Shown piece after piece: positions 24,611 to 42,089 of a DNA stretch of 64,000 nucleotides; the stretch's first letter is position 1; each line of letters starts with the position of its first letter. The position numbers and the translations under genes were made by a program. Origin of the DNA: the human T2T-CHM13v2.0 reference genome, Homo sapiens; NCBI RefSeq assembly GCF_009914755.1, contig NC_060925.1, one strand, 5' to 3'. The notes beneath the pieces were generated by a model that saw nothing but the letters and a program-made list of their open reading frames with translations, was not told the DNA's origin and made no database searches.

Positions 24611-27600
24611 TATTGCCATTTTGTCTTCCCAAAATTCAGTCTTCTATTAGGTTTTCTGTTTATTAAACAAATATATTTTTAATGTTGATATGTATAATTC
24701 TAAACATCCTGTTCAGTTGGTTTTGTTATTGAAGCAGTATGTGCTACCTAAATCTTTGCCTCCTTTTTGACTTAATCTCAGAAGACAGAGTTAGAACCTT
24801 GAGACCTGTGCTTACTGTTACTAAATGTTTCTATGCTGTAAATGTGTTGTCACTCATGAGGACTTTAATTTGGCAATAAATTTATCACTCCGCATAAGAG
24901 TAAACAAAATGTGCTCTATTTGTTTGAGTGTAATTACATTTTTCTTCCTATAAAATACATTTTTCCCCACTTTTTCCAGTAAATAATATTATTTTATTTT
25001 AGTAAACTTTCTAATCTGGTAGTTATATTTTACATATTTTAATTAATGACTGAAGACTTAAAATTTGGACATAGACTTTAAGAAGAGATGAGTTATGTTA
25101 AGATAATTCTAAGGTCTATCCAAACTCTTAGACTTCTAAGATGTAGCCAAACTCATATTTCTAAGATGTATCCAAACCCTTAGAAGTCTAAGAGTTTTCA
25201 ACGAAACCAAGAATTTCACTCTGAAAATATTATGCCTGGCATTGCAAACTTTTCTTACAATGCTGACATATATTTCTTTTAGAGATGTTTGTATGAATGT
25301 TCTACTAACATACACTATGTTAGAGGGAAAGTCAACAGCTATATTAGTAATGCTAAACTCACATTGATGTTCCATTTCCTATACTACTTTGCTATTTGCA
25401 GCACAGAATCAAAACTACATAATGCATAGTAAGGAAAGACAAGTAAAATATTTTAAAACAAATAACAACTGAAAAAACTCAGTAAAACTTTTGCTACCCA
25501 ATGATTTAAATTTAATGTCAACATTGTCGCTGTTGATTAAATTTGAATCCCTAACTAAACTATATGTTGTTTCTGAAATGTTTTTAATGTGCAAAAGTAT
25601 ACAGGTACCAATTCATTATTACTTCATCTTAGATTACTAGATTTCAAATACACTCTATTTTACGTAGTGTTGATATTTTTTCAAACAAGGACTAGATATC
25701 CATCTGCTATTGCAAAATGGTGATCAATCAACAAAGTACCTCAATGTTAGTCTATTTTATATTACCATATCTTTTGCTGTATGAGCTTCTATTTTTGGTG
25801 GCTGATCCAAATTAATATGGTTCCTCTACCCAGTGGCATTTATTTTGGTTATAAGATTAGAAATGTAAATTTGCAATAAAAGAAGAAAATAGAAAGCTGG
25901 TTTTAATGAATATTTTACACAAGACTAATTAACAGAATCCCCTGCAGGAATTTGGAAGTAATAAGAAATTGACTGAAGATAAATTAAAAATTAATAAAGG
26001 AGTCTCCAAACAACTTTGTTTATGAACATTTAACAGTTGCTTTCTTAGTTATAAATATTTCAAGCTGTTTTGTTATTCAGTATGTATTATTCTTGTAGTG
26101 TTCATAATTTTAGAGGTGATTAGACAAAAAGAGAGTAACACACAAAACAAAATGTCTTTAAAATGTTAAAAACCCACCTTGGGAAAACTTGCTAATGTGA
26201 AAATAATGGCTTAATATTCATGTTTTTTGTCTACCAGTATATGCAAAACAGGTTCTTATATCCATAGAATGATCAAAAGCCCTTAAAAGGAGCTAAAGGA
26301 AACTCAGCAGTTTGATTTCTGTGAACAATGTGAATAGTTTTAGAGGAGGCTTCTGAGCAGAAGATAATGCTGGTCTTTGTCAAACATTTTGAAAATTGGT
26401 TTAAATGATACAAATTCACTCTTGCATGTAAATTGGTGAGAACATCACCCCAAAAGGATACTCTTAAAACATCTTTCTTCAAGCACATTAGGTCTTAATT
26501 TATTCAGGTACCTGAACATTTATGGGCAATTTCCCTCAATGTTTGCAAACAAAAGGCATAAGTTGAAGAACTTTAGCTGCAGTTTGTCAAGAAAAAAATT
26601 TTAACTTCAATTTCTACTCAAAGTTAAAATGGAAGAATCAAACAATTTGAATGACATTTATTCTCTGTACTTATCATGTCTGAATAAAAACACCACCAAA
26701 CAACTTTCAATTATTCTCTGCACATAGTAAGTGAAATGCATTTGGCAAATGTGCTACATAAAAATAACTTAAAATGTAATTTTCAAATACATAGAAAGTA
26801 TTAATTTTATTCATGGGGACATATATTTTGTATATTTGAACTAATATCTACAAATAATAACAGTTACAAATATTTAGTAATAAGAAGCAGCTCTTAAAGT
26901 TACCTCAAGAGTATACCATACATTTCTTGTAATATTAAAATCTCTTAATATTTAAAACTCAGCAGATGTTTCAGAAATGTTTCATAGGGAAATAATAAAC
27001 ATAAGAGTGCTGTAATACTGAAAGAATTTCAAAAGAAAATGAAAGTTAGATTCTCAAAGTTAGATATGTCAATATTCTTTAATCTTCTCCCAAATCTGAA
27101 ATGCTGTAATAAGAAACTTTTAATGTTCTTAACATACTATATACCTTTTAACAAGAAAGAAATATTTCCCATGTAACCTACAAATTTTATAACCAAATTT
27201 AATTGTACTTGTTCTGATATAAACTGTCCTCATTACTATTTCAGTTCTACTATCAATCTGTCTGCAAGATAAATATTCCACTGTCCTTCAAAAGATCCTC
27301 CATAGCTTAAAAAGAGTCCACTATATATTGGTGATAAGAATCAGAATCACTAATGCCTCATGAATTTCTTACTTTAATTTGGATTTTCTATAGTACAGTG
27401 AATTTTTTTCTGAAAGATAAAGAAACAAAAAGACTTAAGTCAGCATGACATTGTAATTCAGGTGAATAGACTGCATGCTATTAGAAAAAAGGAAATGGAA
27501 ATATTCAAAGAACAGAAAGAAAACCAAGAGAAAGAGAAAGTGATACGAGAGAGGGAGGGGAAGAGGAAGGAATACGAGCCTTCAACTAACAGTAGTTAGA

Positions 27601-28410
27601 TGTTATGTGTTACATGCAAAGTACATTGGAAATAATTCTTTAAGACTACATAATAATTCTTTGCTTAGTCTTTCTTATCTTTTAGCCACAGCAGAGCGTA
27701 GCATTAGGAGACATTGTGCTTTCCCTGGTTACCATCTCCTCTACCTCCACCCTACTCGTCCTCCTCCCCCTCCTCCCCACTCTCTCTTTCTTTTTCTCTC
27801 ACTCTCTCTCCCTCCCTCTTTTTTCTCTCCCTCATTCTTCTTTTCTATTCTCTTGAATATTTCTTGAATCCAGAGAAATATAATTTGCAAATAAAACTCT
27901 AGAAAAATTTGTATTTTGGAACTAGCAAGTGATAATTATAGACTCTGTATTCTTAGTAATATTGCCATTCTAAATTCTTCTCAGCCTTTTAACAAATGCA
28001 AAGACATTTTATTGTATTTTTTGCTTTTGTCATATGCAAGAAAAAAAATCAGCTTTTTTTTAAACTATCAGCAAATCATGCATAAAATTTCTATCAGCAC
28101 AGAGTAAAATTTACCTTCAAGAATCTAAATGGCTGCAATGAGCCATTTGATACCAAAACTGAGTTAAGATATTCATTTTGATTTTTAAAAGTAAACATAT
28201 AAAAATATCCTTACCTGCTAACTATTAGCTATACTATCAGGCATTCCTATTTCATTATTTATGGAGACGTTTTTAATATTGAAATAAACTTCTTAGTCTT
28301 CATTAGTAGGTACATAATGTAATCTAAAGTAGAAAAACTCAAAACTCTGTAACTGCAACTTTATTTTTCATTGCTATCATTTCCATCTTATTCCATCCTA
28401 GGTGATTCTT

Positions 28411-30617
<2,207 letters not shown>

Positions 30618-31564
30618 CTAGGTAATTCTTACAGATAAGTGGGTAAGTGAGTGGAGGACACAAACTTACAATGATTTGCCTGGTCTTCTAAGCAGACAAC
30701 AAAAAAACAAATACATAAATTTAATTAAAATCAAATTTATTTTAAAACATAAAGGTAACTCTGATTCTACACTGACCCAAGGTCTATTGAATACTCTGTA
30801 GCTGTAAACTCTTCATCCTTTGAAGTCTTTCAGGGAATCAGTATAACAGTGGGCAAGTTGTTTCTTTCTGGGTATTTAAATGACATCCCATTGTCCTGAA
30901 AAAAAAAGTAATGATCCTTTTCAGTTGCCCATCTATTAGACACCCTAGTAAAAAAAATGGTCTAAACACAAGCTTCGGGGTCAGGCAACTTGGAGTGTAG
31001 TTTTAACACCATTTTGAAGCCAATTTTGTGATTCTGAGTAATGTGGCAAAGTGATAATTTTCAGTTCCTCAATTCTTTCACTGGGAAAGAAATTGCTGGA
31101 TAATTTAAAATAATATGTGTCAAAAATTATTACTTCATAATGGGAATATAATAATAATTACATCTATTTTCTATGTTTTTTTCTGTAAAGAAATTACCAG
31201 AGAATTCATGGTGAACCAATGGAAATTACTCTGTCTTTATTCTGTGGAAATTTTCTTTCCAAGTTCTTTCCAAGTGAGAATCAGTAAATAGCACTGGGTG
31301 CTCAATTTAAGTCTCGAGCAAACTGAAAAACAGTCAAACAGCTAACAGATTTCCTTTGCATTCAAAAATATAAAAGTCCAGAGAATTCAAAAGTAACTGT
31401 TTCCTAGACGGCCTACTTTCAGAAAGCATGAAATTTAATGTTAGGTGCTAGAAATCCAGAAACTTTCTCATTCTACCTATAGGTGATTATATTATAAAAG
31501 TGCTACTAACATCTGCAGTTACACTTGTTTAACATAGCGTCTTTCTAAAAGTACTTGAACAACA

Positions 31565-33146
31565 AGCAACATTTGAGAAAGCCACCACACAAATTCTACC
31601 CACAATGAAGGAACTCATACAGAGACTTGGCCCTCTGAAAGCAACCAGAAATAAAGCCAAAAGATCATATGCAACATACACCACAGTCATACCCTCAAGG
31701 AAAAAAAGAATGAAGCATTTAAAAGTCTCGTACAAATGAAAGCGAATTCAAAAATAGGAAGCAACAGCTCTTTCACATGAGAATGAATCAGTGCAAGATC
31801 TTCTGCAGTACAAAAACAGTGTTTTGACACCTTCAAAGATCACAGTAGCTCTCTAGCAATAGATCCTAACAGGAATGAAAATTCTGAAATAACAAAGAAT
31901 TCAAAATATGGGTTCCAAGGAAACTCAATGAGATACAAGAGAAAGTTGAAAACCAATACAACGAAACCAGAAAAATTATTCAAGATATGAGAGATGAGAA
32001 GGCTATATATTATTGTAGCAATTTTTTATATACGTATAGATATATACATATATATCTCCATATATATATATCAAATGGCTATAAATATGTATGGATATGT
32101 ATGTATATATAATAGAACTGTGGAGTTTAAAAATTCACTAAAAGAATTGCAAAACACAATAGAAAGTTTTAAAAATAGACCAGAACAATCAGAAGAAAAA
32201 AAATCAGAACTTGGAAACTGGTCTTGCAAATTAACACAGTCAGACAAAAAAAAAAAAGTTGTTTGAAAGAACAAAGCCTTTGAGAAATATGGGATTACGT
32301 AAAGCAACCAAATCTATGACTTATAGGCATTCCTGGGAGAGAAGCAAAAAAAAAAAACTTGGAAAACATATTTGAGAGAATAATTTTGTATTTTTTTAAA
32401 CGTAGTTACAAAGGTAAAAATCTGGATACAGGAAATTTAGAGAATGCCTGCTAGATACTACACAAGATGAACATCACCAAAGCATATTCATAGTCATCAA
32501 GCTATCCAAGGTCAATGCTAAAGAAAAGATCTTAAAGACAGCTATGGAAGGGCAAATCTCCTATAAAGGAAATTCCGTCAGACTAACGGAAGACTTCTCA
32601 GGAGAAACCTTACAAACCAGTTTATATGCTGCTAAACTGAGCTTTATAAATGAAGGAGAAACAGCCTTTCCCAGACAAGGTAGAGGACAGATGCTAGAAA
32701 AGTTTGTCACCACTAGACTGAATCTGCAAGAAATATTCAAAGGAGTTCTAAACATGAAAACAAATGAATAATACTTGCTACCATAAAAGAACATGTAAGT
32801 ACAAATTTACCAACCCTACAAAGCAATTAAATAAGTTACACTACAAAGCAACTAGCTAAAAACATGATGACACAAACAAAGCCTTACATATCACATATAA
32901 ATATTAATTTTGAGCATAACTGACCTAAATTCTCCACTTATATAGATTGGCAAATTAAATTTAAAAAATGAGACTGAACCATCTGCTGCCTTCAGGAGAT
33001 GTACCTAACATGTACTGAGACCCAGAGGTTCAAAGTAAAGGGGTGGAGAAAGACAGATCACATAAATGAAAAACCAAAAAGAGCAGAGGTTGCCATTCTT
33101 GTAATAGATAAAACAGATTTTAAACCCACAACAATAAACAGAACAA

Positions 33147-33185
<39 letters not shown>

Positions 33186-36100
33186 AAGGTTGTTATATAA
33201 TGACATAGGGTTCACTTCAAAAGGAAGATTAAATGAAAATCACACAAGTACGTGGAAACTGAACAACTTGCTCCTGAATGACTTTGAGGGAATCAAAGAA
33301 ATTAAGGTAGAAATCAAAAAATTATTTCAAATGAACATAGAGACACAACCTATAAAATCCTCTGGCATACAGCAAAAGCAGTGTTAAGACGATAGCTCAT
33401 AGTGCCAAATGCCTGAACAAAAAGATAGAAATATCTTAAATTAATAAACTAATGCCTCACCTCAAGGAACTAGAAAAACAAGAGCAAACAAAATACTAAG
33501 CTAGCAGAAGAAAAGAAATAAAAAAGATCAGAGTGGAACTAAATTAAATTGATTTTTAAAATTATAAAACAATCAATGAAGGCTCAATGAAACAAGAAAG
33601 TTTGTTCTTTGAAAGGTTAAACAAAATAAATAGAATGCTAGTTAGATAAACCAAGAAAAAAAGAGAAAGAATCAAATAAGTACAACAGAAATGACAAATG
33701 TGTCATGACAACTGATATTGCAAAAATATAAAAGATTCTCAGAGTCTGCTACGAACACCTCTATGTATACAAACTAGAAAACCTAGAGGAAATTGATAAA
33801 TAACCGAAATGTAACTCCCAAGATTGAATCAGGAAGAAATTGAAATCTTGTGCAACCAATAATGATTTATAAAATCAAATCAATAATGAAAAATCTACCA
33901 ACCAAAAAAAGTTGAGGATCAGATGGATTCTCAGCTGAATTCTATCAGACATGTAAAGAAGAGCCCGTACCAATCTTACTGAAAGTATTCCAGGAAATCA
34001 GGGCGTAGGGATTCCTTTCTAACTAACTCACTCTACAAAACTAGTATCACTCTGTTACCAAAGTTTGGCAAGGATACAACAAAAAAGAAAACCACAGGTT
34101 AATATCCCTGAGGAATATAGACACAAATATCCTCAAGAAAATACTAGCAAACTGAATCCAAGAGCATAGAAAAAAAGACAATTCATCATGATCAAGTAGG
34201 TTTCATCCCAGGAATATAGGAGTGGTTCAACATCTGCAAGTCAATAAATGTGATTCACCACATAAACAAAGTTAAAAACAAATCATATCATCTCAACAGA
34301 TGCAGGAAAAATATTTGATAAAATACAGTAGCCTTTCATAATAAAAACTCTCAAGTAACTAGGCATTGAAGGAACATACTGTAAGACAAACCTGCAGCCA
34401 ACATCAAACTGAATGGTGAAACACTGAAAGCATTCCTCAGAACTCGAGCAACCCAAGGATGTCTACTCTCACCACTCCTATTTAACCATAATACTGGAAG
34501 TCTTAGCCAGAAAAATCTGATAATGAAAAGAAAGAAAAGACACCCAAATTGAAAAAGAGGAAATAAAAGTGTCTCTGTTTGCTGACAACATGATCTTATA
34601 TCTAAAAGACCCTAAAGTTTTCTTCAAAAGACTCCTTGACCTGACAAATAACTTTAGTAAAGTTTCAGGATACAAAATTAATGTATGAAAATCAGGTGCC
34701 TTTCTGTATACCAACAATACTCAAGGTAAAAACCAAATCAAGAACTCAATCCTATTTGCAATAGCCACACACACAAAACATAAAATATCTAGGAATACAT
34801 TTTACCAAGGAAGTGAAAACTGCTACAAGGAGAACTACAAAACTCTGATTGAATAAACTGTAGATGTCACAAACAAATAGAAAATTATCCCATATTCATG
34901 GATTGGAAGAAGTAATATTCTTAAAATGAGTTTAGAGCCCAAAACAATGTACAGATACAATGCAATTCCTATCAAATTACCAATGTCATTTTCACACAAT
35001 TATAAAAACAATTCTAAAATTCATATGAAACCAAAGGAAAGCCTGAGTAGCAAAGCAATCCTGAGCAAAAAGAACAAAGCCAGAGGCAACACATTACTTG
35101 ACTTCAAACTATATGACAAGGCTATAGTAACAAAAACAGCATGGTATTGGTACAAAAGAAGACACATAGATCAATGGAACAGAATAGAGAACTCAGACAT
35201 AAAGCCACACACCTACAACCAACCGACTGTTGGCAAAGTTTACAAAAGTAAACAATGGGAAATGGGTACCCTATTCAATAAATGACATTGGGAAAGCTGG
35301 CCAGCCATATGAAGTCAAACTGGACCCCTACCTCTCACCATATACAAATATTAACTCAAGATAGACTGAAGATGTAAATATAAGACCTGAAACTATGCAA
35401 TCGCTAGAAGAAAATCTAAGAAGAACTCTTCTAGATATTGGCCTAGGCAAAGAATTTATGACTAAGGCTAACGGCAAATGCAACAATAAAAATGGACAAA
35501 TGAGATCTAATTAAACTAAACTTTTGCACATAAAAAAATAGTCAACAGAATAAACAGACAACCAACAGAATGGGAGAAAAAAATGCAAACTGTGCATCTG
35601 ACAAAGACTAATATCCAGAATCTATGAGGGACTTAAACAAATCAACAAAAACCAAACAAATAATCCAATTAAGAAGTGGGCAAAGGACATGAACAGACAC
35701 TTCTCAAAACAAGACATACAAGAGGACAACAAACATATTAAAAAGTGCTCAACATAACTAATCATCAGAGAAATGCAGATTAAAATCACAATGAGATACT
35801 ACTTCAGACCAGTCAGATTGGCTATTATTAAAAAGTCAAAAAATAACAGATATTGGCAAGGATGTGGAGAAAAGGGAAGACTTTATACACTGTTGGTGGG
35901 AATGTAAATTAGTTTAACCTTTATAGAAAACAGTATGGAGATTTCACAGAGAAATAAATATAGAACTACCATTCAATCCAGCAATCCCACTCTTCAGTAT
36001 CTATCCAAAAGAAAAGAAATTGTTTCATCAAAGAGACACCTGCACTTGTATGTTTATCACAACACAATTCACAATAGCAAAATCATGGAATCAACCTAAG

Positions 36101-36510
36101 GGTCTATTACTGGTTGACTGGAAAAAGAAATGTGGTATATGTATACCATGGAATACTATGCAGGCATAAAAATGAATGAAATTCTGTCTTTTGCAGCAAC
36201 ATATATGGAGCTTGAGACCATCATCCTAAATGAAATAAGTCAGAAACAGAAAATGAAATACCGCATGTTCTCACTTTACAAGTGAAAACTAAACAATGGG
36301 TACACATAGACATAGAGATGGAAATAATAGATACTGGGAATCCCAAAAGGGGGTACAGTGGTAGGGGGTAAGGGTTGAAAAACTACTTATTGGGTACTAT
36401 GTTTACTATTTGGTTAATGGGTCCATGGGAAGCCCAAACCTCAGCATTGCTCAATGTATTAATATAAAAAACCTGCACATGTACTCTCCAAAACAAAATA
36501 AAAAAAATAA
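31565..36510 (+). mobile_element. ~5 kb degraded L1 (L1PA16/17 to L1PB4-like): 5'UTR end, ORF1, ORF2 with internal deletions, 3'UTR
   Basis: L1 peptides YRYNAIPIKLP...KAIVTKTAWYWYK..IDQWNRIE and TWKLNNLLLND. The 3'UTR reads AGGGTTGAAAAACTACTTATTGGGTACTATG...ACCTGCACATGTAC, followed by an A tail. Confidence 0.93.
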
Positions 36511-37289
36511 GTAGCCTAGTCCTCTTAATTTAAATAAAGTAGACTTCCATTTAAAAAATAATATAATTTAGATATTAAATTATGAGATTTTATAAGGCCA
36601 ACAATAATAATCCTTCATTTATTTATAACATTATAGAGCTTGATTAAACTAATGACTTTCTTAGTCTTCAAAATATTTATATATGTGATATCTGGCTGAG
36701 TTTTAGCATATGGTATTTGTTCCAAAATGTGTTGCTTCCTGTATTTCTGTTGTTTGTGGAGGAGGTTGAAAGAGGGAGTGGAAGTGTGTAGAGAAATTAG
36801 CTTTATGGAAAATAATATGCTCAACTTTGAGTATTAGAATTCTTTCAAATCAAAACAAGGTAACGACTGATTAAATATTTGCAATCCCTGATTCTATGCA
36901 ACAATTCTTTAGAATAATAAATAATCATTATACAATTACCTGAAAATAGTGAAGACATTTTCTGTGAGAATTTAAGACAGGAAATATTTGTTTAATAAGT
37001 TTGGAATACATAAGGCAAAGTTGCTATTTAAACTTCAATTAACCCAATATTCCTTTACTATGAAAATATTTATGAAGCATACACTATGTGCCAGAGAGTT
37101 TTCTAGATTCTAGAAGTGCAGAAGCAAACAAGAGAGATAGAGCTTCTTATCTTCTAGAGCTCACCTTTTAGTAAGAGGACATTAAATACATAAACATATA
37201 AACAAATAAAATAACAAGGTAAGGTCAGCAAATACAACAAAAGATGTTTATGAAAATTTGACAAATGCCGCTGGATGCCGTTCATTATC

Positions 37290-37630
37290 CATCTTTTATT
37301 GCTAATAGAATATCGCTATTGTTCAATGTGGCAAAAAATCTATTTTTAAGTGTTCCTTGTGGCAATGTGATGCAGTTCTGAACAATAAAATGTGAGAAGA
37401 CTTGAAATTTCTGGGAGAGTTTCATTCCTTTCCCAGGTATATCCCCTTCTTTGCTGTTTATTTCCTCCTGGCTAGAATGTGGAAGTGATGTCTGATGCTG
37501 GGTGGCCACGCTGTGATTATGTGAAAAAGACAGGACAAGGGCCTTGAGTTAACTTTACCAATTGCCTACATGTCTCTTAGGTGTGAGAAAAATAAAATTA
37601 TAACTCATTTAAGCTACTCTTTGATGAACA
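37290..37630 (+). mobile_element. Old ERVL/MaLR LTR fragment (LTR33-like)
   Basis: GTGGCAATGTGATGCAGTTCTG..., CTAGAATGTGGAAGTGATG..., AAATAAA...TTTAAGCTACT. Confidence 0.5.
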
Positions 37631-40059
37631 TTTCAGACAAATGGGAATCCTACTTTCTACAGAAAATGATGGTGTATGACTAATACACTGGATAGTTAGG
37701 AAAGGCTTTACTGGTACTTTAACATGACAAGAAGTGATCATGACCATAAAAAAATACTATACAGGAAAAAACGTTCTAGACAGACAGAAGACCTAATATG
37801 AGAATATGTGTCAGTCATGAGCTTTACCAATGTGACAAAATTGTCATGAATTATGGAGAAGTTACCTGTGATTATAAGTAGGTGGAATGAAGACACTGCC
37901 CAGTAAGTGTATCAATGGTGACTGGGTTTTTGAAGGAGGTAGGTAAAGCAATAATATGGAGAGGGATAGTAAATGAGAAAAAGAATGGTTACTTCTTTGG
38001 AGAAATATTGCTTAGTGTGGGTAACCAGGCCACACACCAGATGAGCTCAGCCTGCAGAACAACTTAGTTTGCTAGTCCTTACCACCAGCATATATAATAC
38101 ATATTACCAATTACTCTATTACTAACGAATTGGTAATGCATTTCTTTTAATGTGAGTAGGCAGGGTTTATTTGACATATTCTCTTTCTTCAAATACAGAG
38201 TCAAATATATTATTTTCGATTTGAAAGTGCCCTATATACTAGAAATTTTATTTTCAAAAGGACATTATATTTATGTTCATTTATGAATACACACAAATCT
38301 AATATCTAAAATCTGAAGAGATATCTGAAATTTCAAAAAACATGAAAATCTAAATGAAAATGAAAAATCCACACATAAGCGAAACTCTATTGATACTGCT
38401 TTGTTAATGATTGATGTAATATTATATTTAAGCTATTACAAATAGTACTTATGTGACTGTACTCTTATTGAACTGAGCCTATATTATTTAGATTCAAAGA
38501 AACATAAATCCAGAGAAAAACAGATATTAGGTACTGGAAACTATACACAATTTGATGTTAAGAAATTCTAGATTTGGTGATGTGGAAGAAATAGCATGCT
38601 AATGCTAAGAGAGTTCATGAATTACAGCAGTTAGCATGATCTTAATGAAATTTTGGAGCAATAAAACAAAATATAATCATTGATGATACCTAAATTTTAA
38701 AACAACAAATCCTTGTATGTTTTCCATTAACATTTGCAAAACTTCCAACTTTGTTGAATACCAAGCCTTATAATTATTCATTTACCATAATTATTAGTTG
38801 GTGTTTAAGTTAAAATAAATGTTTCTTGCAAATTTAAATGTTACATCTTATTGTTTTACTTTTAATATGAAAAGCTACTCTTTTTCCCTTCCCTGAAGTA
38901 AAGCTTTACCAAGTGATTTATACCCTTTACCAAGTGATTTATAAATGCAATTTGTTTTTAAATAAAAGTACAGTGGTACAATGATAGAAATTCTTATAAC
39001 TCAAAGCTTTTAATTAAAACCTAAAATATGTGTGTCACTGTTAAAGAAATTAAAATTTCCAGAACCTTAATAAGAAAAACTATTTGTTAAGGCATCCTGA
39101 AGCAATTTTGCTTTTGAAGATAAGGCCTGAAACAACTTCGTTCTGGCATTTGTTTTTACTCTACTTAGCATTTCAGTCCTGTGTTCACAGAAATTTTCTC
39201 TATTCTTTATGTGGGAAAGCACCAAGGGTGTATCTGCCTGGAAGGGAGGACCTTTTGCAAAAGCCTAGGAAATTAAAAAGGGGTCAAATAAAAATGTGGA
39301 GAGTTGCCCCCAAAACCTCCAAAAAGACATGAGTTTTTTTTTTTTTAAAGAATCCTAAGGGATTTATCTTTGGAGGGGAGGTTCGTGCATTAAACTGTAG
39401 TATAAGAGGAACAATTTTGTATAGACCCATCAGGGGTGTAGTGTAACCAGCAGTACTAATAGGGGCTTTATACTGCAATAACCTGCCAGGAGTGGATGAA
39501 CAGCTGGGGAACAGTTTGATTCACAGATGCTTCCATGTTGGTAGAAGGCCTGTGGTGAAATTCGTGGATGTTTTACAAATAAGAAATCCATTGCCATTCC
39601 AGCTGTGCATCCTCAAGCTGCAGATGATAGTGAAGGGTTCTTATGCCAAATGCCCCCAGAACTAAAACAAAATTGCTTGTATAACACACAGCCCTTACTG
39701 GATAATAACTCTTCATCTGTCAATATTTAAAGCCAAGGTTTTTATTTAACGTCACAGTGAACGGGTAAACTACCTGAGATGCAAACAGGAACTCTTCATT
39801 ACACTTACATGTCTGCCTTACCTTCCTTATTTAAGAGGTTCGGTTCTGAATATACATATGCAGAGATCCCCACTAATCTTTAGACTCATCCCTTGGCAAT
39901 TTGTTAAGGCTTAGGGTCTCAGTATAGATTTTCTTCACTGAATAAAGCTGTGTGGAAATGTAGCCTATGCCAGTTAAATGAGTCCAGCAAGACATAACCA
40001 AGCAGTACAAAACCATTATGATGTTGAGGATCTGGTGGTAATTCTGAATTATTCATTAA

Positions 40060-40451
<392 letters not shown>

Positions 40452-41799
40452 AAGTCTTGTTTTGTTTTTTTTTGTTTTTTGTTTTTTGTTTTTAAAAAAT
40501 CCTTTCCCAATATATATGCTAAATTTTAAAAAATATGCTCAGTCCATAATATAAAATTTGAGGATATTTCATTTTTATTTATCATTTAGAAATTTTGGAT
40601 GATTTATTTCATATGAAGCCATAAAAAGGGAGGAGTTGGGGATCCAGGCACTTTGAGTTGAGTCAGTGACTTGTAAAGCAAAAGTCATCTGAAAAAATAC
40701 TGTTAATTTTAAAAGGCTTCTAAACCATGCTAATGTTTGTGTTCGTTCTCATAAACAATATCAAAATGTGACAAAATTATATAAGTGATGATAGTTTTTA
40801 AAGGTAATGAATAATTTTAATATCATATTCTATTGTTTTCTACAATTGAACTTCAAAACATTTATTTCTTTTTGAAACATTTATTACTTTAGCTTTACCC
40901 ATGTGCTCACAGGTGCATTAATCAATGGATGTTATTACTTGTATCCAGGAAGGCAATTCGATCATTTAAGGGTGACTTATTTTACTTGGGGTTAATTTGT
41001 AGGCAGCTCTAGAGCTCTGGGACTTTAAGAAGTTAGTGAAGGCAACAAAATGAAAATTAACAGCTTTTGCCCTGTATGGCTGTATTACATGGCAGAAATT
41101 GTACAAAGTAGCAATAAAAGTTCACTGCAAACCCTAAGATGTACTTAGCTTGGGGAGTGTCATTGGGCTTTGGGTGTCATTGTCACCACTGGATGCTATT
41201 TTTATGTAAACAGATCACAGGAAGTCTGTAAATCCAAAACACATGAGTAAAATAATCTTCCTGGAAGCAATTGTGCATGATTGCCTATGTCTAAAAAAAA
41301 ATGATGCACTGTCATTTTAAAATGCAAGTGCTTTGCAGACTCCAAGATATGTGTGTGTGTGTGCATACATGCACATATATATATACATATGCACACAGAA
41401 ATTTGTGTCTCACTTCCACTCTGAGAAGTAAATGGTTCACCTTCCATTATTCCCATTTTACGGTTGAGGATATTGTGGTCCACAAAGGTTAAATGGCTAT
41501 TAAGTGATGAGGTTAGTTAGTTCTGGCCAAATCACAGATGGACCCACGAGAGTTAGTTGTACCTTCTCAGGCATAGAAATAGGAAGCCTAACATAGAGGC
41601 CATTGAAATTATTCAAAATACTATAGGATTAATCAGAACTTGAGCAAAGACTGTACTGCAGAAGACAAAAAATAGTGAAGAGTTAGAAATGACAAGCTTT
41701 GGTGGCTGATTGCGTAGGAGTGAAATTAAAAATGAAAATGACTCAGAATTTTAAGTCATTGACACTGATAATAAGAATGTACAATTTTCTAAGGTTAAC

Positions 41800-41955
41800 T
41801 TTTACTTTGAGATGAATTCAGACTTAAAAAAGAGTTGTAAAAATAGTATAGAGTTTCCATATTCCCTTTACCTAGGTTGCACTAATTAACATCTTACATA
41901 ACTATAGTGCAATTATCAAAACTAAGAAGTCTATATTGTTGTGATACTATTAAAT
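41800..41955 (-). mobile_element. L1MC-type 3' end fragment
   Basis: AGTTGTAAAAATAGTATAGAGTTTCCATATTCCCTTTACC...AACATCTTACATAACTATAGT. Confidence 0.65.
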
Positions 41956-42089
41956 TTGTAGTGAACTATAAATTTCACACAGAAATGTAGATGAGATATT
42001 CAATTTCACTTATTTGAATAAGTAGCTTTCCATCTCCCATTTTATTTTTGCTTGCATTATAAAACACCATTGCTCACTAGACTCTAGAC

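Noticed and set aside
25107-25197. CRISPR-like repeat-spacer array
   Set aside because: There are only three short imperfect repeats with 4-6 nt gaps, in eukaryotic DNA with no cas genes.
34926-35285. 119-aa ORF
   Set aside because: It is a fragment of the C-terminal region of L1 ORF2.
38103-38137. 10-bp inverted repeat ATTACCAATT/AATTGGTAAT (a similar one at ~57440-57472)
   Set aside because: Short AT-rich arms are expected by chance in 64 kb.
38904-38943. 19-bp direct repeat CTTTACCAAGTGATTTATA x2 (similar micro-duplications at ~43570, ~53878 and ~59950)
   Set aside because: These are ordinary slippage duplications with no further structure.
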